Of a DNA stretch of 64,000 nucleotides, positions 28,008 to 37,203 are shown one piece after another (position 1 is the stretch's first letter; the number at the start of each line of letters is the position of its first letter). A program made the position numbers and the translations under genes. A model generated the notes under the pieces. The model had not been told where the DNA came from. It saw only the letters and a list, made by a program, of their open reading frames with translations, and ran no database searches. Source of the stretch: Candidatus Latescibacterota bacterium (lineage in GTDB: Bacteria > Latescibacterota > UBA2968 > GCA-2709665); contig CBDCOX010000002.1 in assembly GCA_965219995.1 (NCBI GenBank), positions 1,760,001 to 1,824,000 on the forward strand, in the 5' to 3' direction.

Positions 28008-30185
28008 ATGAAAAGGTCAACGATTTTCGGCGTCACCTTTGTTTTGATGATCGTCCTGTTTTCGCACGACAGCCTGGCACAGGATCATACACGCCTGGGA
28101 CTGCCCCAGGGGGCCCTAATGCGCCTGGGCAAAGGAGAGTCACGCCTGGTGGCCTGGTCGCACGACGGCACGCGCCTGGCGGTGGGGGGCACGATTGGAA
28201 TCTGGGTTTACGATACTGAAACCGGGACCGAGGTTTCCCTGCTCGCGGGTCATCGATCTGAAGTCGTATCGATGGTGTTTTCGCCCGATGGGACGATCCT
28301 GGCAAGCGCCAGTAGCGACTATACGGTGAGGCTGTGGGACGTGGCAACGTGGCGGGAAAAAAGCACCCTCACAGGACATACCCATCGGGTCAATTCGGTG
28401 GCGTTTTCGCCGGATGGGACCACGCTGGCAAGCGCCAGTACGGACAATACGGTACGTTTGTGGGACGTGGCATCGGGTTTGGAAGAAAACACACTCACAG
28501 GACATACGGGCACAGTCAATTCGGTGGCGTTTTCGCCGGATGGGACCACGCTGGCAAGCGCCAGCCGGGACGAAACGGTCCGGTTATGGAACGCGGCCAC
28601 AGGACACCAGCAAAACACTCTCACAGGATATACGTCAAGTTTCACGTCGGTGGTGTTTTCGCCGGATGGGAAGGCACTGGCGGGCGCCAGTTATGATCGT
28701 ACAGTGCGACTATGGGACGTGGCCACGGGAGAGGAAAAAGGCGCCCTGCCAGATCAAAACTGGTGGGTCGGGTCGGCGGCGTTTTCGCCGAATGGGAAGA
28801 CCATGGCCAGCGGCGGTTACGACAATACGGTACGATTGTGGGACGTGTCAACCGGGTACGTAAACCACACACTTACAGGACATACGGAGACAGTCAGGAC
28901 GGTGGTATTTTCGCCTGACGGGACAACCCTGGCCAGCGGCAGCTCGGACAATACCGTGCGGCTGTGGGACCTGACCACGCAAAAGGAAAAAAACACCCTG
29001 ACAGGACATTCCGGGACGATCAGGACGATAGCGTTCTCGCCGGACGGGACGTCTCTGGCAAGTGCCAGTTGGGATCATACGGCGCGGTTGTGGGACGTGG
29101 CCACGGGGCTGGAAAAGAGCAACCTCACGGGACATTCCGGTGCTACCAGGTCGGTGGCGTTTTCACCGGATGGTGCGACGCTCGCAAGCGGTGATGCGGA
29201 CGATAAAGTGCGGTTGTGGGACGTGGCCACAGGGCTGGAAAAATACTCCCTCAAAGGACATACCCGCGATGTCAGTTCGGTCGCATTTTCGTCGGATGGG
29301 ACCACGCTTGCAAGTGGAAGCTGGGACGGTACCGTGCGGCTGTGGGACGCGGCGACGGGGCAGGAAAAACACGCCCTCAAAGGACACACCGGAGGAGTCG
29401 AGTCGGTAGCGTTTTCGCCGGACGGGAGAACGCTGGCAAGCGCTGGAGGTCGGGACGAAACGGTGCGGTTGTGGGACGTAGCTGGGGGGAAGGAGCAAGG
29501 CACCCTGACAGGACATTTCGGTCGGGTTCTTTCGGTGGCGTTTTCACCGGACGGGACGACGCTGGCCAGCGCCAGTTGGGACAAAACCGTCCGGCTTTGG
29601 GACGTGGCCGCCGGGCAGGAGACAAGCACCCTCACGGGACATACCCGCTTTGTAGATTCAGTCGTGTTTTCACCGGATGGATCCACCTTGGCAAGCGCCG
29701 GTCGGGACAGTACCGTGCGGTTGTGGGACGTGGCCACCGCGCAGGAAAGAAGCACCCTCACAGGACATAGGGATTGGGTCTCCTCGGTGGCATTTTCGCC
29801 GGATGGGAGGACGCTGGCGAGCGGCAGCCGGGACGGTACGGTGCGGGCGTGGGACGTGCCCACAGGGCAGGAAGAACACACATTCACAGCAGATACATAC
29901 TGGATCCCCTCGATTGCGTTTTCGCCGGATGGGAGAACCGTGGCTAGCGGCGGCAGCGCGATTTTAACGTGGGATATGTCGCCGTATGTCGCGCCTCAGT
30001 CCCTTGTTACCGACTTCGACGGCGACGGGGCCGTGGGTTTCCCCGACTTCCTGCAGTTTGCGTCGCAGTTCGGGCAAAGCCTGGGCGACGCCGGATTTGA
30101 CGCGCGATTCGATCTGGACGGCGACGGTACCATCGGATTCAACGATTTCGTGATCTTTGCACGGAGCTTCGGCCAGGGTGGATGA
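28008..30185 (+). CDS. Secreted WD40 protein (15 blades) with EF-hand/dockerin-like tail, paralogue 6 (most divergent)
   Basis: QDHTRLGLPQGALMRLGKG; 15 repeats counted; tail DFDGDGAVGFPDF...DLDGDGTIGFNDF. Confidence 0.93.
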   Translation: MKRSTIFGVTFVLMIVLFSHDSLAQDHTRLGLPQGALMRLGKGESRLVAWSHDGTRLAVGGTIGIWVYDTETGTEVSLLAGHRSEVVSMVFSPDGTILASASSDYTVRLWDVATWREKSTLTGHTHRVNSVAFSPDGTTLASASTDNTVRLWDVASGLEENTLTGHTGTVNSVAFSPDGTTLASASRDETVRLWNAATGHQQNTLTGYTSSFTSVVFSPDGKALAGASYDRTVRLWDVATGEEKGALPDQNWWVGSAAFSPNGKTMASGGYDNTVRLWDVSTGYVNHTLTGHTETVRTVVFSPDGTTLASGSSDNTVRLWDLTTQKEKNTLTGHSGTIRTIAFSPDGTSLASASWDHTARLWDVATGLEKSNLTGHSGATRSVAFSPDGATLASGDADDKVRLWDVATGLEKYSLKGHTRDVSSVAFSSDGTTLASGSWDGTVRLWDAATGQEKHALKGHTGGVESVAFSPDGRTLASAGGRDETVRLWDVAGGKEQGTLTGHFGRVLSVAFSPDGTTLASASWDKTVRLWDVAAGQETSTLTGHTRFVDSVVFSPDGSTLASAGRDSTVRLWDVATAQERSTLTGHRDWVSSVAFSPDGRTLASGSRDGTVRAWDVPTGQEEHTFTADTYWIPSIAFSPDGRTVASGGSAILTWDMSPYVAPQSLVTDFDGDGAVGFPDFLQFASQFGQSLGDAGFDARFDLDGDGTIGFNDFVIFARSFGQGG

Positions 30186-30347
30186 GGCGCCGCCGGCAGG
30201 GATGAATCCACTTTCAACTAAAGGATTATCTCCAATGAAAAAGCCTCCGTTGTTCAGCCTTGTCTTTATGTACGCTGGAGATGAACTCAAAGCCGAGCCA
30301 GTCGCGCAGCAAGCGGGCGGCTGGACCGCGAGTCTGCGGGGTGGCTT

Positions 30348-30938
30348 TCAGGAAGGGGCGGTGGGCTGACAGGTGGAACTGACGGCCTGCCACTGGCGCA
30401 GAACCTCAAAGACGAGGACGGCGCTGGCCGCGGCGACGTTGAGGCTGTTTCTGTAGCCGTACATGGGCATCTCAACCAGCTCGTCGCAGCACTCAAGCGC
30501 GTCGCGACTCACGCCGAGACCCTCATCACCCACGATGAGGCCCAGGGGGCGCGGATAGTTCAGTTCGGTGTAGCAGCGGCTGTGCGATGTCGTCTCCAGC
30601 GCCCACACAGGCACCTGGCGAGCGCGCAAGTGCTCAATGGCTTGTAGCGTGGTGGCGAAGTGGCGGGTCTCGATGAACGAGAGGGTACCCAACGCCGTCT
30701 TGTCGAGCTTGGGATGGGGAGGATGAGCCGTGTAGCCACAGGTGTAGATACCCTGCAAGCGACCTGCGTCGGCCATCCGGAAGATCGAGCCGACGTTGAA
30801 GGCGCTGCGCAAATTGTCGAGTACCAGATAGAGTGGGTGCTTGGGCAGGCGGGCGTATTCGTCGACGGGCATCTCCGCGTCGAACGTGCGGACCTCAAAG
30901 CCGGTCTCCTTGCCGTAGTTGCCCGGCCGCAATTTCAC
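30348..30938 (-). CDS. TrmH/SpoU family (SPOUT) RNA methyltransferase
   Basis: LVLDNLRSAFNVGSIFR, LIVGDEGLGV and EMPMYGYRNSLNVAAA motifs. Confidence 0.9.
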   Translation of the reverse strand: MKLRPGNYGKETGFEVRTFDAEMPVDEYARLPKHPLYLVLDNLRSAFNVGSIFRMADAGRLQGIYTCGYTAHPPHPKLDKTALGTLSFIETRHFATTLQAIEHLRARQVPVWALETTSHSRCYTELNYPRPLGLIVGDEGLGVSRDALECCDELVEMPMYGYRNSLNVAAASAVLVFEVLRQWQAVSSTCQPTAPS

Positions 30939-31972
30939 CCGACTTCCTCCGGGGCGACGGGCCTCTGCTCGGCGGCAGAGAGCCGGGCGGCCTCGATAGC
31001 GCCCATGGTCTGCCGCACGCTCTCGGCGGTGACGGCAAGCTCGGCGCGGCCGGCGAGCGCGTCAGCGATGTTTTCGTAGTAGGAGCGCCAGCGACCGGGT
31101 GCCGTCTTAATGATGGTTTCCTCGGCTGACCTATAGAGACGGGCGTAGTGCTCGGGTGCCTCTTCAGCCGCGTCGATGCCGCCGGCGATCATGGCCTGCT
31201 CCTGTGGGTCAACGCCCTCTTTGACCAGTGCGCCTTCCGTGCCCAGCACGTACCAGCGCGGCTTGGCTTTGCTCGCCAACGACGAGGTTTCCACGCGCGC
31301 TTCGACGCCGTTGGCAAAGTGGAGTACGGCCAGCGCGTGGGACTCGACGTTGATGTTGAGCGGATCGCCGGAGTGGAAGGTGGCGTACACTTTTGCGAGC
31401 GGCGCGTCGATGAGCTGGAGGGCTTGATCGACCAAATGTGCGCCTAAATCGAAGAACTTGCCGCCGCCGTGCTGTGCGAAGCTACGCCAGCCTCGCGGAG
31501 GCCCGTATTGGCCCCAGAACATCTCCAGCACAAAGAGATCGCCGAGCAGCCCTTGCCCCAGCGCGTCTTTAACGGCGAGAAAATCGCCGTCCCAGCGGCG
31601 ATTCTGAAAGACGCTGAGCAAGCGGTCGTGCGCCTGGCTGGCGGCGATCATCCGGTCGGCCTCAGCCATACTCAGGCACATGGGCTTGTCGGTGACGACG
31701 TGTTTGCCCGCTGCCAGCGCCTGAACCGCTTGCGGGGCGTGGAGGTCGTTGGGCGTGGCGAGGACGACTAAATCAACGGCTGAATCGGCCAACACCTCAT
31801 CGAAGTGGCGGAAGGCCTTTACACCCAAGTCGCGCTGAATTTCGTCGCGGGCCTCCGGCCGGCTTGTGGCGATGCCGTAGAGGTTCAGGCCGCCGGCCAG
31901 TCCCACTAGATAGGCGTGGAAGCAGCGGCCGGCAAAGCCATAGCCGATGACGACGACATTGGGTTTTTCCAT
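30935..31972 (-). CDS. Gfo/Idh/MocA family oxidoreductase (YdgJ/IolW-like)
   Basis: VIGYGFAGRCFH, LATPNDLH, GKHVVTDKP, FQNRRWDGDF and DLGAHLVDQ motifs. Confidence 0.9.
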   Translation of the reverse strand: MEKPNVVVIGYGFAGRCFHAYLVGLAGGLNLYGIATSRPEARDEIQRDLGVKAFRHFDEVLADSAVDLVVLATPNDLHAPQAVQALAAGKHVVTDKPMCLSMAEADRMIAASQAHDRLLSVFQNRRWDGDFLAVKDALGQGLLGDLFVLEMFWGQYGPPRGWRSFAQHGGGKFFDLGAHLVDQALQLIDAPLAKVYATFHSGDPLNINVESHALAVLHFANGVEARVETSSLASKAKPRWYVLGTEGALVKEGVDPQEQAMIAGGIDAAEEAPEHYARLYRSAEETIIKTAPGRWRSYYENIADALAGRAELAVTAESVRQTMGAIEAARLSAAEQRPVAPEEVG

Positions 31973-32077
31973 GATTCTACCTGTGAAACGGGCGTTTTTG
32001 CGGCCGACAAATGGACACTCGTATTAAGAGAATTCAAAGGTTTGGGCAAGTTTCACGGGGAACACAATGCAGCAGAT

Positions 32078-32857
32078 TCAAACCGGATGTCTGCTCCGAT
32101 GGAACGCAACGAAGAAGTCGGACACCCCGCTTACGATCATCTCCAGCATGGCCTGGCCGTCCTCGACGGTGGCTTCCGCCGGATTGTCGGTGTAACCCAC
32201 GCCCGACTGCCACTCGCCGTGGACCTGGACAACGGCGCCCGAGAGACCGACGTCCAGGCCGGCGTCGTCGTGCACCTGGCCGCTCATTGCGTCCAGCGCG
32301 TCCCGGTTCACCAGGTCGGGCCTGATCGCCATCATCATCGCCGCTTCGAATCGTCCCGCATGACCCGGGATAACCCGGGACGGCATCACCTCGGTAAGCG
32401 CTTCACGTGCGATGTTCCAGTAATCGCCGGTTGCCACGGCAGCCGGATTGCCCAGACGGTTCACGAAGTCCTGCCCCACGAGTCCGTTCGGGTTGGAATT
32501 CCCGCCGTGGCCGTTCAACACCACGAGCCGTTTGAATCCGCTCCGCACAAGGCCGTCGAGAACGTCGGTGACAGCCCGGACGAACGTGGCGGCCCTGAAA
32601 GACAACACCCCCGGAAACGGATGGTGATGGTGGGAGTTGCCGAATTGCAGCGTTGGCGCCACCACGACAGGCACGTGTTCGTTTGCGCGGGCCGCGGCCT
32701 GGCGCGCAACCGTCCCGCATAGAACGGTGTCCGTACACACGGGAAGGTGAGGTCCGTGCTGCTCGATGGCCGCTGTGGGAAGTACCGCAGTGGCCGAAGG
32801 CGCAACCTTCCGAATCTCCTCCCGGGTCATCTCTGCAAATAGGTATGACACGTACAA
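32078..32857 (-). CDS. Creatininase family protein
   Basis: PTAAIEQHGPHLPVCTD, NGHGGN and GHAGRFE motifs. Confidence 0.9.
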   Translation of the reverse strand: MYVSYLFAEMTREEIRKVAPSATAVLPTAAIEQHGPHLPVCTDTVLCGTVARQAAARANEHVPVVVAPTLQFGNSHHHHPFPGVLSFRAATFVRAVTDVLDGLVRSGFKRLVVLNGHGGNSNPNGLVGQDFVNRLGNPAAVATGDYWNIAREALTEVMPSRVIPGHAGRFEAAMMMAIRPDLVNRDALDAMSGQVHDDAGLDVGLSGAVVQVHGEWQSGVGYTDNPAEATVEDGQAMLEMIVSGVSDFFVAFHRSRHPV

Positions 32858-32902
32858 TCCTCCAGTCGCCGTAGCACGGTGACCAATTTGAACGACAGAA
32901 AA

Positions 32903-34375
32903 CTACACCTCCTCGAACGGATACAGCGGCCGGCGGCGATGGCGGAACTCGAACTTGCGCATATCCGCCGCCGTTGCGCCGGGCGTGTCCACGCGTATGA
33001 GGCGCGTGCACACGGGCGCGTACGCCGCCACGGGCGAATGCACCCCCTTGGCGACGATCACGTCGAATGCGTCCGGTTGCAGATCGCAACTGGTCATCAC
33101 GCCCAGGCTTACCGGTACGACGCGACGCGACGTCAGGCTGATTGTCAGGCCCGTGTCGGTGTCCACCACCGCCGTCTGTCCCATGTCGAACGCCGTCCGC
33201 CCGCCATGGCGGATCTCGGACTCCCGAAAACGACCGCTGTAGATGCCCCGTACCGTAACCGGCAGTTCCAGAGGCGGGCCGTGCATTTCATCCGTCTTGC
33301 CACCCATCCGGAGCGTCACACGGCTACCCGCCCCCGCCTCGGCCGCCTTGGACACGGACTCGCGGTCGTACAGACATACGAATCCCCTCGAATCCGCGCG
33401 CCTGTGCAATTCGTGCGCCAGCAGGGTTCCGTCCGCGGCCGACCCGCCACCCGTATTGTCTCCCATATCCAGCAGGCAGACCGGGCCGTCGGTCGCCAGC
33501 GCCATGTCCACCGCCTGCGGGATGCCGATGAACTCACCCCTGAAGTCGCTCCGATAGGTGTGGAGATGGTCCGCGAGTTCTCCGGCAACGGTTTGCGCCA
33601 GTTCCGGATCACCATCCGTCACGGCGACCATCGCGGCGCCCACTTCCGGAACATCGGCGTAGGGGAATCCAAGCACAATGCTATTCGACAACACACCCGG
33701 CCGGTCCAGGAGTTCGTTCGCCAGTTCATACATCGGCCTGCAGGGAGCGGCGCCCGTCAATTGCCGTTCGATATTAATGGCAATCGGCGGAAACGCGGCG
33801 GCCTGGGTGGGCTTGATCTCGCGTCGAAGCGTGCGCGTCATCAGCCGCGCCGCCTGCAGACCCACCTTCTTCTGGTCGAGATGCGGATTGCTGCGATAGG
33901 CGATGGTCGCGTCGCAGGCCGCAACCATCCGCTCCGACAGATTCGCGTGTGGATCGATCGTGCAGATGATGGGCGTCTCGTCTCCAACCGTGCGCCGCAG
34001 CCGGGAAAGCCAGTATCCGTCCAGGTCCCAATAGTCCTCGCCCTCACCCACGTTCGCCCCGTGGGGCGCCACAAGCCAGCCATCCAGTCTCCCGGCGCGT
34101 TCCACCTGCTCGAACATCAATTGAATCAGCGCGTCGCATGTCTCCTTCGTAATCCGGCCGGAAGGCTCGGTACCGGCGTAAAACAGCGGTACCGGTTCGA
34201 TTCCCGACTCGGCCAGCCCGGCGAAGAATCCACTGACTTCGTTCAAGCCATCTTTGTACGCCGCGGCCACCTCTTCTCCAGTGAGGATGCCGCCGGACCT
34301 GAAATTATCCATTGTGGTGGGCGTACCGATGAATGTATTTGACTCGTGCATCAATGACAGGATACCAACGCGCAT
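32903..34375 (-). CDS. M81 family metallopeptidase (MlrC-like)
   Basis: MRVGILSLMHESNTF, PHGA, DPHANLS, YRSNPHLD, GFPYADVP, DMGDNTGGG and RRRPLYPF motifs. Confidence 0.9.
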   Translation of the reverse strand: MRVGILSLMHESNTFIGTPTTMDNFRSGGILTGEEVAAAYKDGLNEVSGFFAGLAESGIEPVPLFYAGTEPSGRITKETCDALIQLMFEQVERAGRLDGWLVAPHGANVGEGEDYWDLDGYWLSRLRRTVGDETPIICTIDPHANLSERMVAACDATIAYRSNPHLDQKKVGLQAARLMTRTLRREIKPTQAAAFPPIAINIERQLTGAAPCRPMYELANELLDRPGVLSNSIVLGFPYADVPEVGAAMVAVTDGDPELAQTVAGELADHLHTYRSDFRGEFIGIPQAVDMALATDGPVCLLDMGDNTGGGSAADGTLLAHELHRRADSRGFVCLYDRESVSKAAEAGAGSRVTLRMGGKTDEMHGPPLELPVTVRGIYSGRFRESEIRHGGRTAFDMGQTAVVDTDTGLTISLTSRRVVPVSLGVMTSCDLQPDAFDVIVAKGVHSPVAAYAPVCTRLIRVDTPGATAADMRKFEFRHRRRPLYPFEEV

Positions 34376-34585
34376 CTTCAGTTTTCCCCTTGAATTCTCT
34401 GCGACGTTCGTTCCGGACCGGAGAGAGGGCGGTTCTGTCCTGGAAATCGAATTCGCAATATAGACGCTGCGGCTTTCGAAATCAAATGGTTCCATTTGCC
34501 GTTCGCGGCGCGGGTGGCGCGCCGAATCAATACACCCTTAACAGGAAAATGAATCATTCTTATGGTCTTCTGCCCTAACTGGCAT

Positions 34586-34671
34586 TATAAACAAAAATAT
34601 AGTTTTTGTGTCTTTTAGACAAAAATAACTAATGGATTCACCTTGCCAATACAGGTCGAGTACTTTATATT
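34586..34671 (+). promoter_or_regulatory. Sigma70 promoter of the CBS-korAB operon with upstream AT-rich inverted repeats
   Basis: TTGCCA(34643)-17 nt-TATATT(34666); upstream ACAAAAA-tatag-TTTTTGT and TTTTTGTGTCT-ttt-AGACAAAAA. Confidence 0.55.
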
Positions 34672-34774
34672 AGAACCAGATAAGATAAGCCCGGCTTATT
34701 GTTGGGTGTGGAATGCAAAGGCGATGCCTGCGCCGCAGCACCCGTTTGGTGCGCATCGACTCCGGAGGAACCAG

Positions 34775-35242
34775 ATGGACCTCAAAGAGAGTATTCATAC
34801 CGCTCCGGTTACCCAGGTCGATCTTTCGTATTACGTCGAGACGGAACACGGCACGCGAGCCCGCGACGTGCTGCAAAAGATGAAAGCCAGTCATCGGAAG
34901 TGCGCACTCGTGATGGAGCACGGCCGCCTGGTCGGTATCTTCACCGAACGCGATATCATGAAAAAGGTGGCGGGTAACCCGCAAAGCAGCGATGCCCCGA
35001 TCGACGACCTGATGACACCCGATCCCGAAACAATCGACGCGGACATGAATATCCTGGACGCGACGAGGGTGATCGCCTCCAACCGCTACAGGTACATGCC
35101 GGTAACGAACAAAGAGGGCCAGGTCCTGGGGACATTGACCTATTATGCCATTATCAAATACATCTGCGATTACTTCCCGCAGGAAATCTACAACCAGCCG
35201 CCCGTGCCGGACGTGTTCGCCAAGGCCCGTGCCGGCGCCTAG
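34775..35242 (+). CDS. Stand-alone CBS-pair protein
   Basis: GRLVGIFTERDI, LMTPDP and YRYMPV..EGQVLGTL motifs; GGAGG RBS before ATG 34775. Confidence 0.88.
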   Translation: MDLKESIHTAPVTQVDLSYYVETEHGTRARDVLQKMKASHRKCALVMEHGRLVGIFTERDIMKKVAGNPQSSDAPIDDLMTPDPETIDADMNILDATRVIASNRYRYMPVTNKEGQVLGTLTYYAIIKYICDYFPQEIYNQPPVPDVFAKARAGA

Positions 35243-35299
35243 CCCGAGTGATCTACTTCTCCGGATCCGCGGCCCAGATGGGCCAGGAGGTCTACACAG

Positions 35300-37174
35300 A
35301 TGGCCGAAACAGCCGTCGAGGAAATTGGCGAAGAAGCCGAATTGCTGGACGAATTGAACGAGGTAGAATCCATTGCGGTCCGATTCGCGGGCGACTCCGG
35401 CGATGGAAGCCAGTTCATTGGCGGAGAATTCGCCAACACGTCCGCCATTGTCGGCAATGACATCAGCACCATGCCGGACTTCCCCGCAGAAATCCGAGCT
35501 CCCGCGGGCACATTGCCGGGAATCAGCGGATTTCAGGTCCGCATATCCAGCGAAGACATCTACACGCCCGGAGACGAACCCCAGGTGCTCGTTGCCATGA
35601 ACCCGGCCGCGCTGAGGGCCAACCTGCAGGATCTGCCGCCGGGTGGCGTGGTCATCACCAATTCCAACAACTTCACACGAAACAACCTTCGCAAGGCCGG
35701 CTATGAGGCCGACCCGCTGGAGGACGGATCGCTGGAGGGCTATCGCGTTTGCAAGGTACCGTTGACAACGTTGCACAAGCGGGCAGTGGCCGGTGTTGAG
35801 GGTCTGTCCAACCGGCAGATCGATATGATGAAAAACTGCTTCGCCCTCGGACTTGCATACTGGATCTTCGACCGTCCGCTGGAACCGACCGTCCGCATGC
35901 TGGAGGAGAAATTCGCCAGCCGCCCGAATGTCGTTGAAGGCAACGTAACGACATTGAAGGCCGGATACAACTACGGCGAAACCACCGAACAGTTCCAGTT
36001 CAGGTACAAGATTCCCAGAGCCGTGGTCGAACCCGGCACCTATCGTGCCGTTACCGGCGCCCAGGCCACCGCGATGGGGTTTGTCACCGCGGCGCACAAG
36101 GCCGGCAAGACCCTCTTCTACGGCAGCTACCCAATCACCCCCGCCAGCGTCCTGCTGGAGGCGCTGGCCGCCCTGAAGAACTTCGACGTGCGCACATTCC
36201 AGGCCGAAGACGAAATTGCAGCCATCGGCTCCGCCATCGGTGCTGCGTTCGGCGGCGCCTTTGCCGCAACCGGCACGAGTGGCCCCGGCGTTGCGCTGAA
36301 GAGCGAAGCCATCAACCTGGCTCTTGTGCTGGAATTGCCACTGGTTGTCGCCAACTTTCAACGGGGCGGGCCCAGCACGGGGCTTCCCACGAAAACGGAA
36401 CAGTCCGACCTGCTCCAATGCATGTTCGGCCGTAATGGCGAGAGTCCGGTTCCGATTGTGGCGCCGGCAACGGCCTCGGATTGCTTCAACCTCGGCATCG
36501 AGGCCTTTCGTATCGCCGTTGAAAGCATGTCGCCTGTTTTCTTCCTGTCCGACGGCTATCTGAACAACAGTTCCGAACCCTGGAAGATCCCCGATCCCGA
36601 CGACATCGAGACCATCGCTGTCGAACACCGAACGGACCCTGAGAATTTCCAGCCGTACACGAGGAACGTGCAGACCCTTTCACGCCCCTGGGCCCTCCCG
36701 GGTACACCCGGCCTGGAACATCGAATCGGCGGGTTGGGTAAGCAGGACGGCACGGGAAACGTCTCGTACGATCCGAAAGATCACGAACACATGGTCAGGG
36801 TCCGGGCAGAAAAGGTGGCGCGAATCGCCAATCGGATTCCCAGGCAGGATGTATTCGGGCCGACGGCCGGCGATCTGCTTGTCGTCGGTTGGGGCAGTAC
36901 GTTCGGCGCCATCAGATCCGCGGTACGCCGCTCGGTCTCCAACGGCCTGTCGGTTGCCCATGCCCATATCCGATATCTGAACCCGTTTCCGGCGAATCTG
37001 GAGAGTCTGCTTCTGCGCTATCGAAAGATCCTGGTTCCCGAGATCAACGGCGGGCAGCTTTCTCTCCTGCTCAACGCCAGGTATCCTCTACGTGTCATCA
37101 GCTATCCCAAAGTCCAGGGGCAGCCGTTCAAGATCTCCGAAATCGTGGATAAGATCGACGAGTTGCTGGACTAG
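35300..37174 (+). CDS. korA: 2-oxoacid:ferredoxin oxidoreductase alpha subunit (gamma-alpha fused)
   Basis: RFAGDSGDG, FPAEIRAPAGT, YGSYPITPAS, QAEDEIAA, TSGPGVALKSE and QRGGPSTGLPTKTEQSD motifs. Confidence 0.95.
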   Translation: MAETAVEEIGEEAELLDELNEVESIAVRFAGDSGDGSQFIGGEFANTSAIVGNDISTMPDFPAEIRAPAGTLPGISGFQVRISSEDIYTPGDEPQVLVAMNPAALRANLQDLPPGGVVITNSNNFTRNNLRKAGYEADPLEDGSLEGYRVCKVPLTTLHKRAVAGVEGLSNRQIDMMKNCFALGLAYWIFDRPLEPTVRMLEEKFASRPNVVEGNVTTLKAGYNYGETTEQFQFRYKIPRAVVEPGTYRAVTGAQATAMGFVTAAHKAGKTLFYGSYPITPASVLLEALAALKNFDVRTFQAEDEIAAIGSAIGAAFGGAFAATGTSGPGVALKSEAINLALVLELPLVVANFQRGGPSTGLPTKTEQSDLLQCMFGRNGESPVPIVAPATASDCFNLGIEAFRIAVESMSPVFFLSDGYLNNSSEPWKIPDPDDIETIAVEHRTDPENFQPYTRNVQTLSRPWALPGTPGLEHRIGGLGKQDGTGNVSYDPKDHEHMVRVRAEKVARIANRIPRQDVFGPTAGDLLVVGWGSTFGAIRSAVRRSVSNGLSVAHAHIRYLNPFPANLESLLLRYRKILVPEINGGQLSLLLNARYPLRVISYPKVQGQPFKISEIVDKIDELLD

Positions 37175-37203
37175 ACCGTACCCCCGAATCTGGAGAACGA
37201 CCC

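Noticed and set aside
16731-29887. Numerous antisense and alternate-frame ORFs (SCPVATSH..., RWRFRRMG...)
   Set aside because: Shadows of the repetitive WD40 coding frame.
16531-30185. Diversity-generating retroelement acting on the WD40 genes
   Set aside because: No reverse transcriptase or template repeat in the window, and differences between blades are not confined to adenines.
34670-36628. 652-aa minus-strand ORF (and similar long antisense ORFs over the M81 peptidase, selB and GWxTD genes)
   Set aside because: Antisense to well-supported genes in high-GC DNA, with no recognisable motifs.
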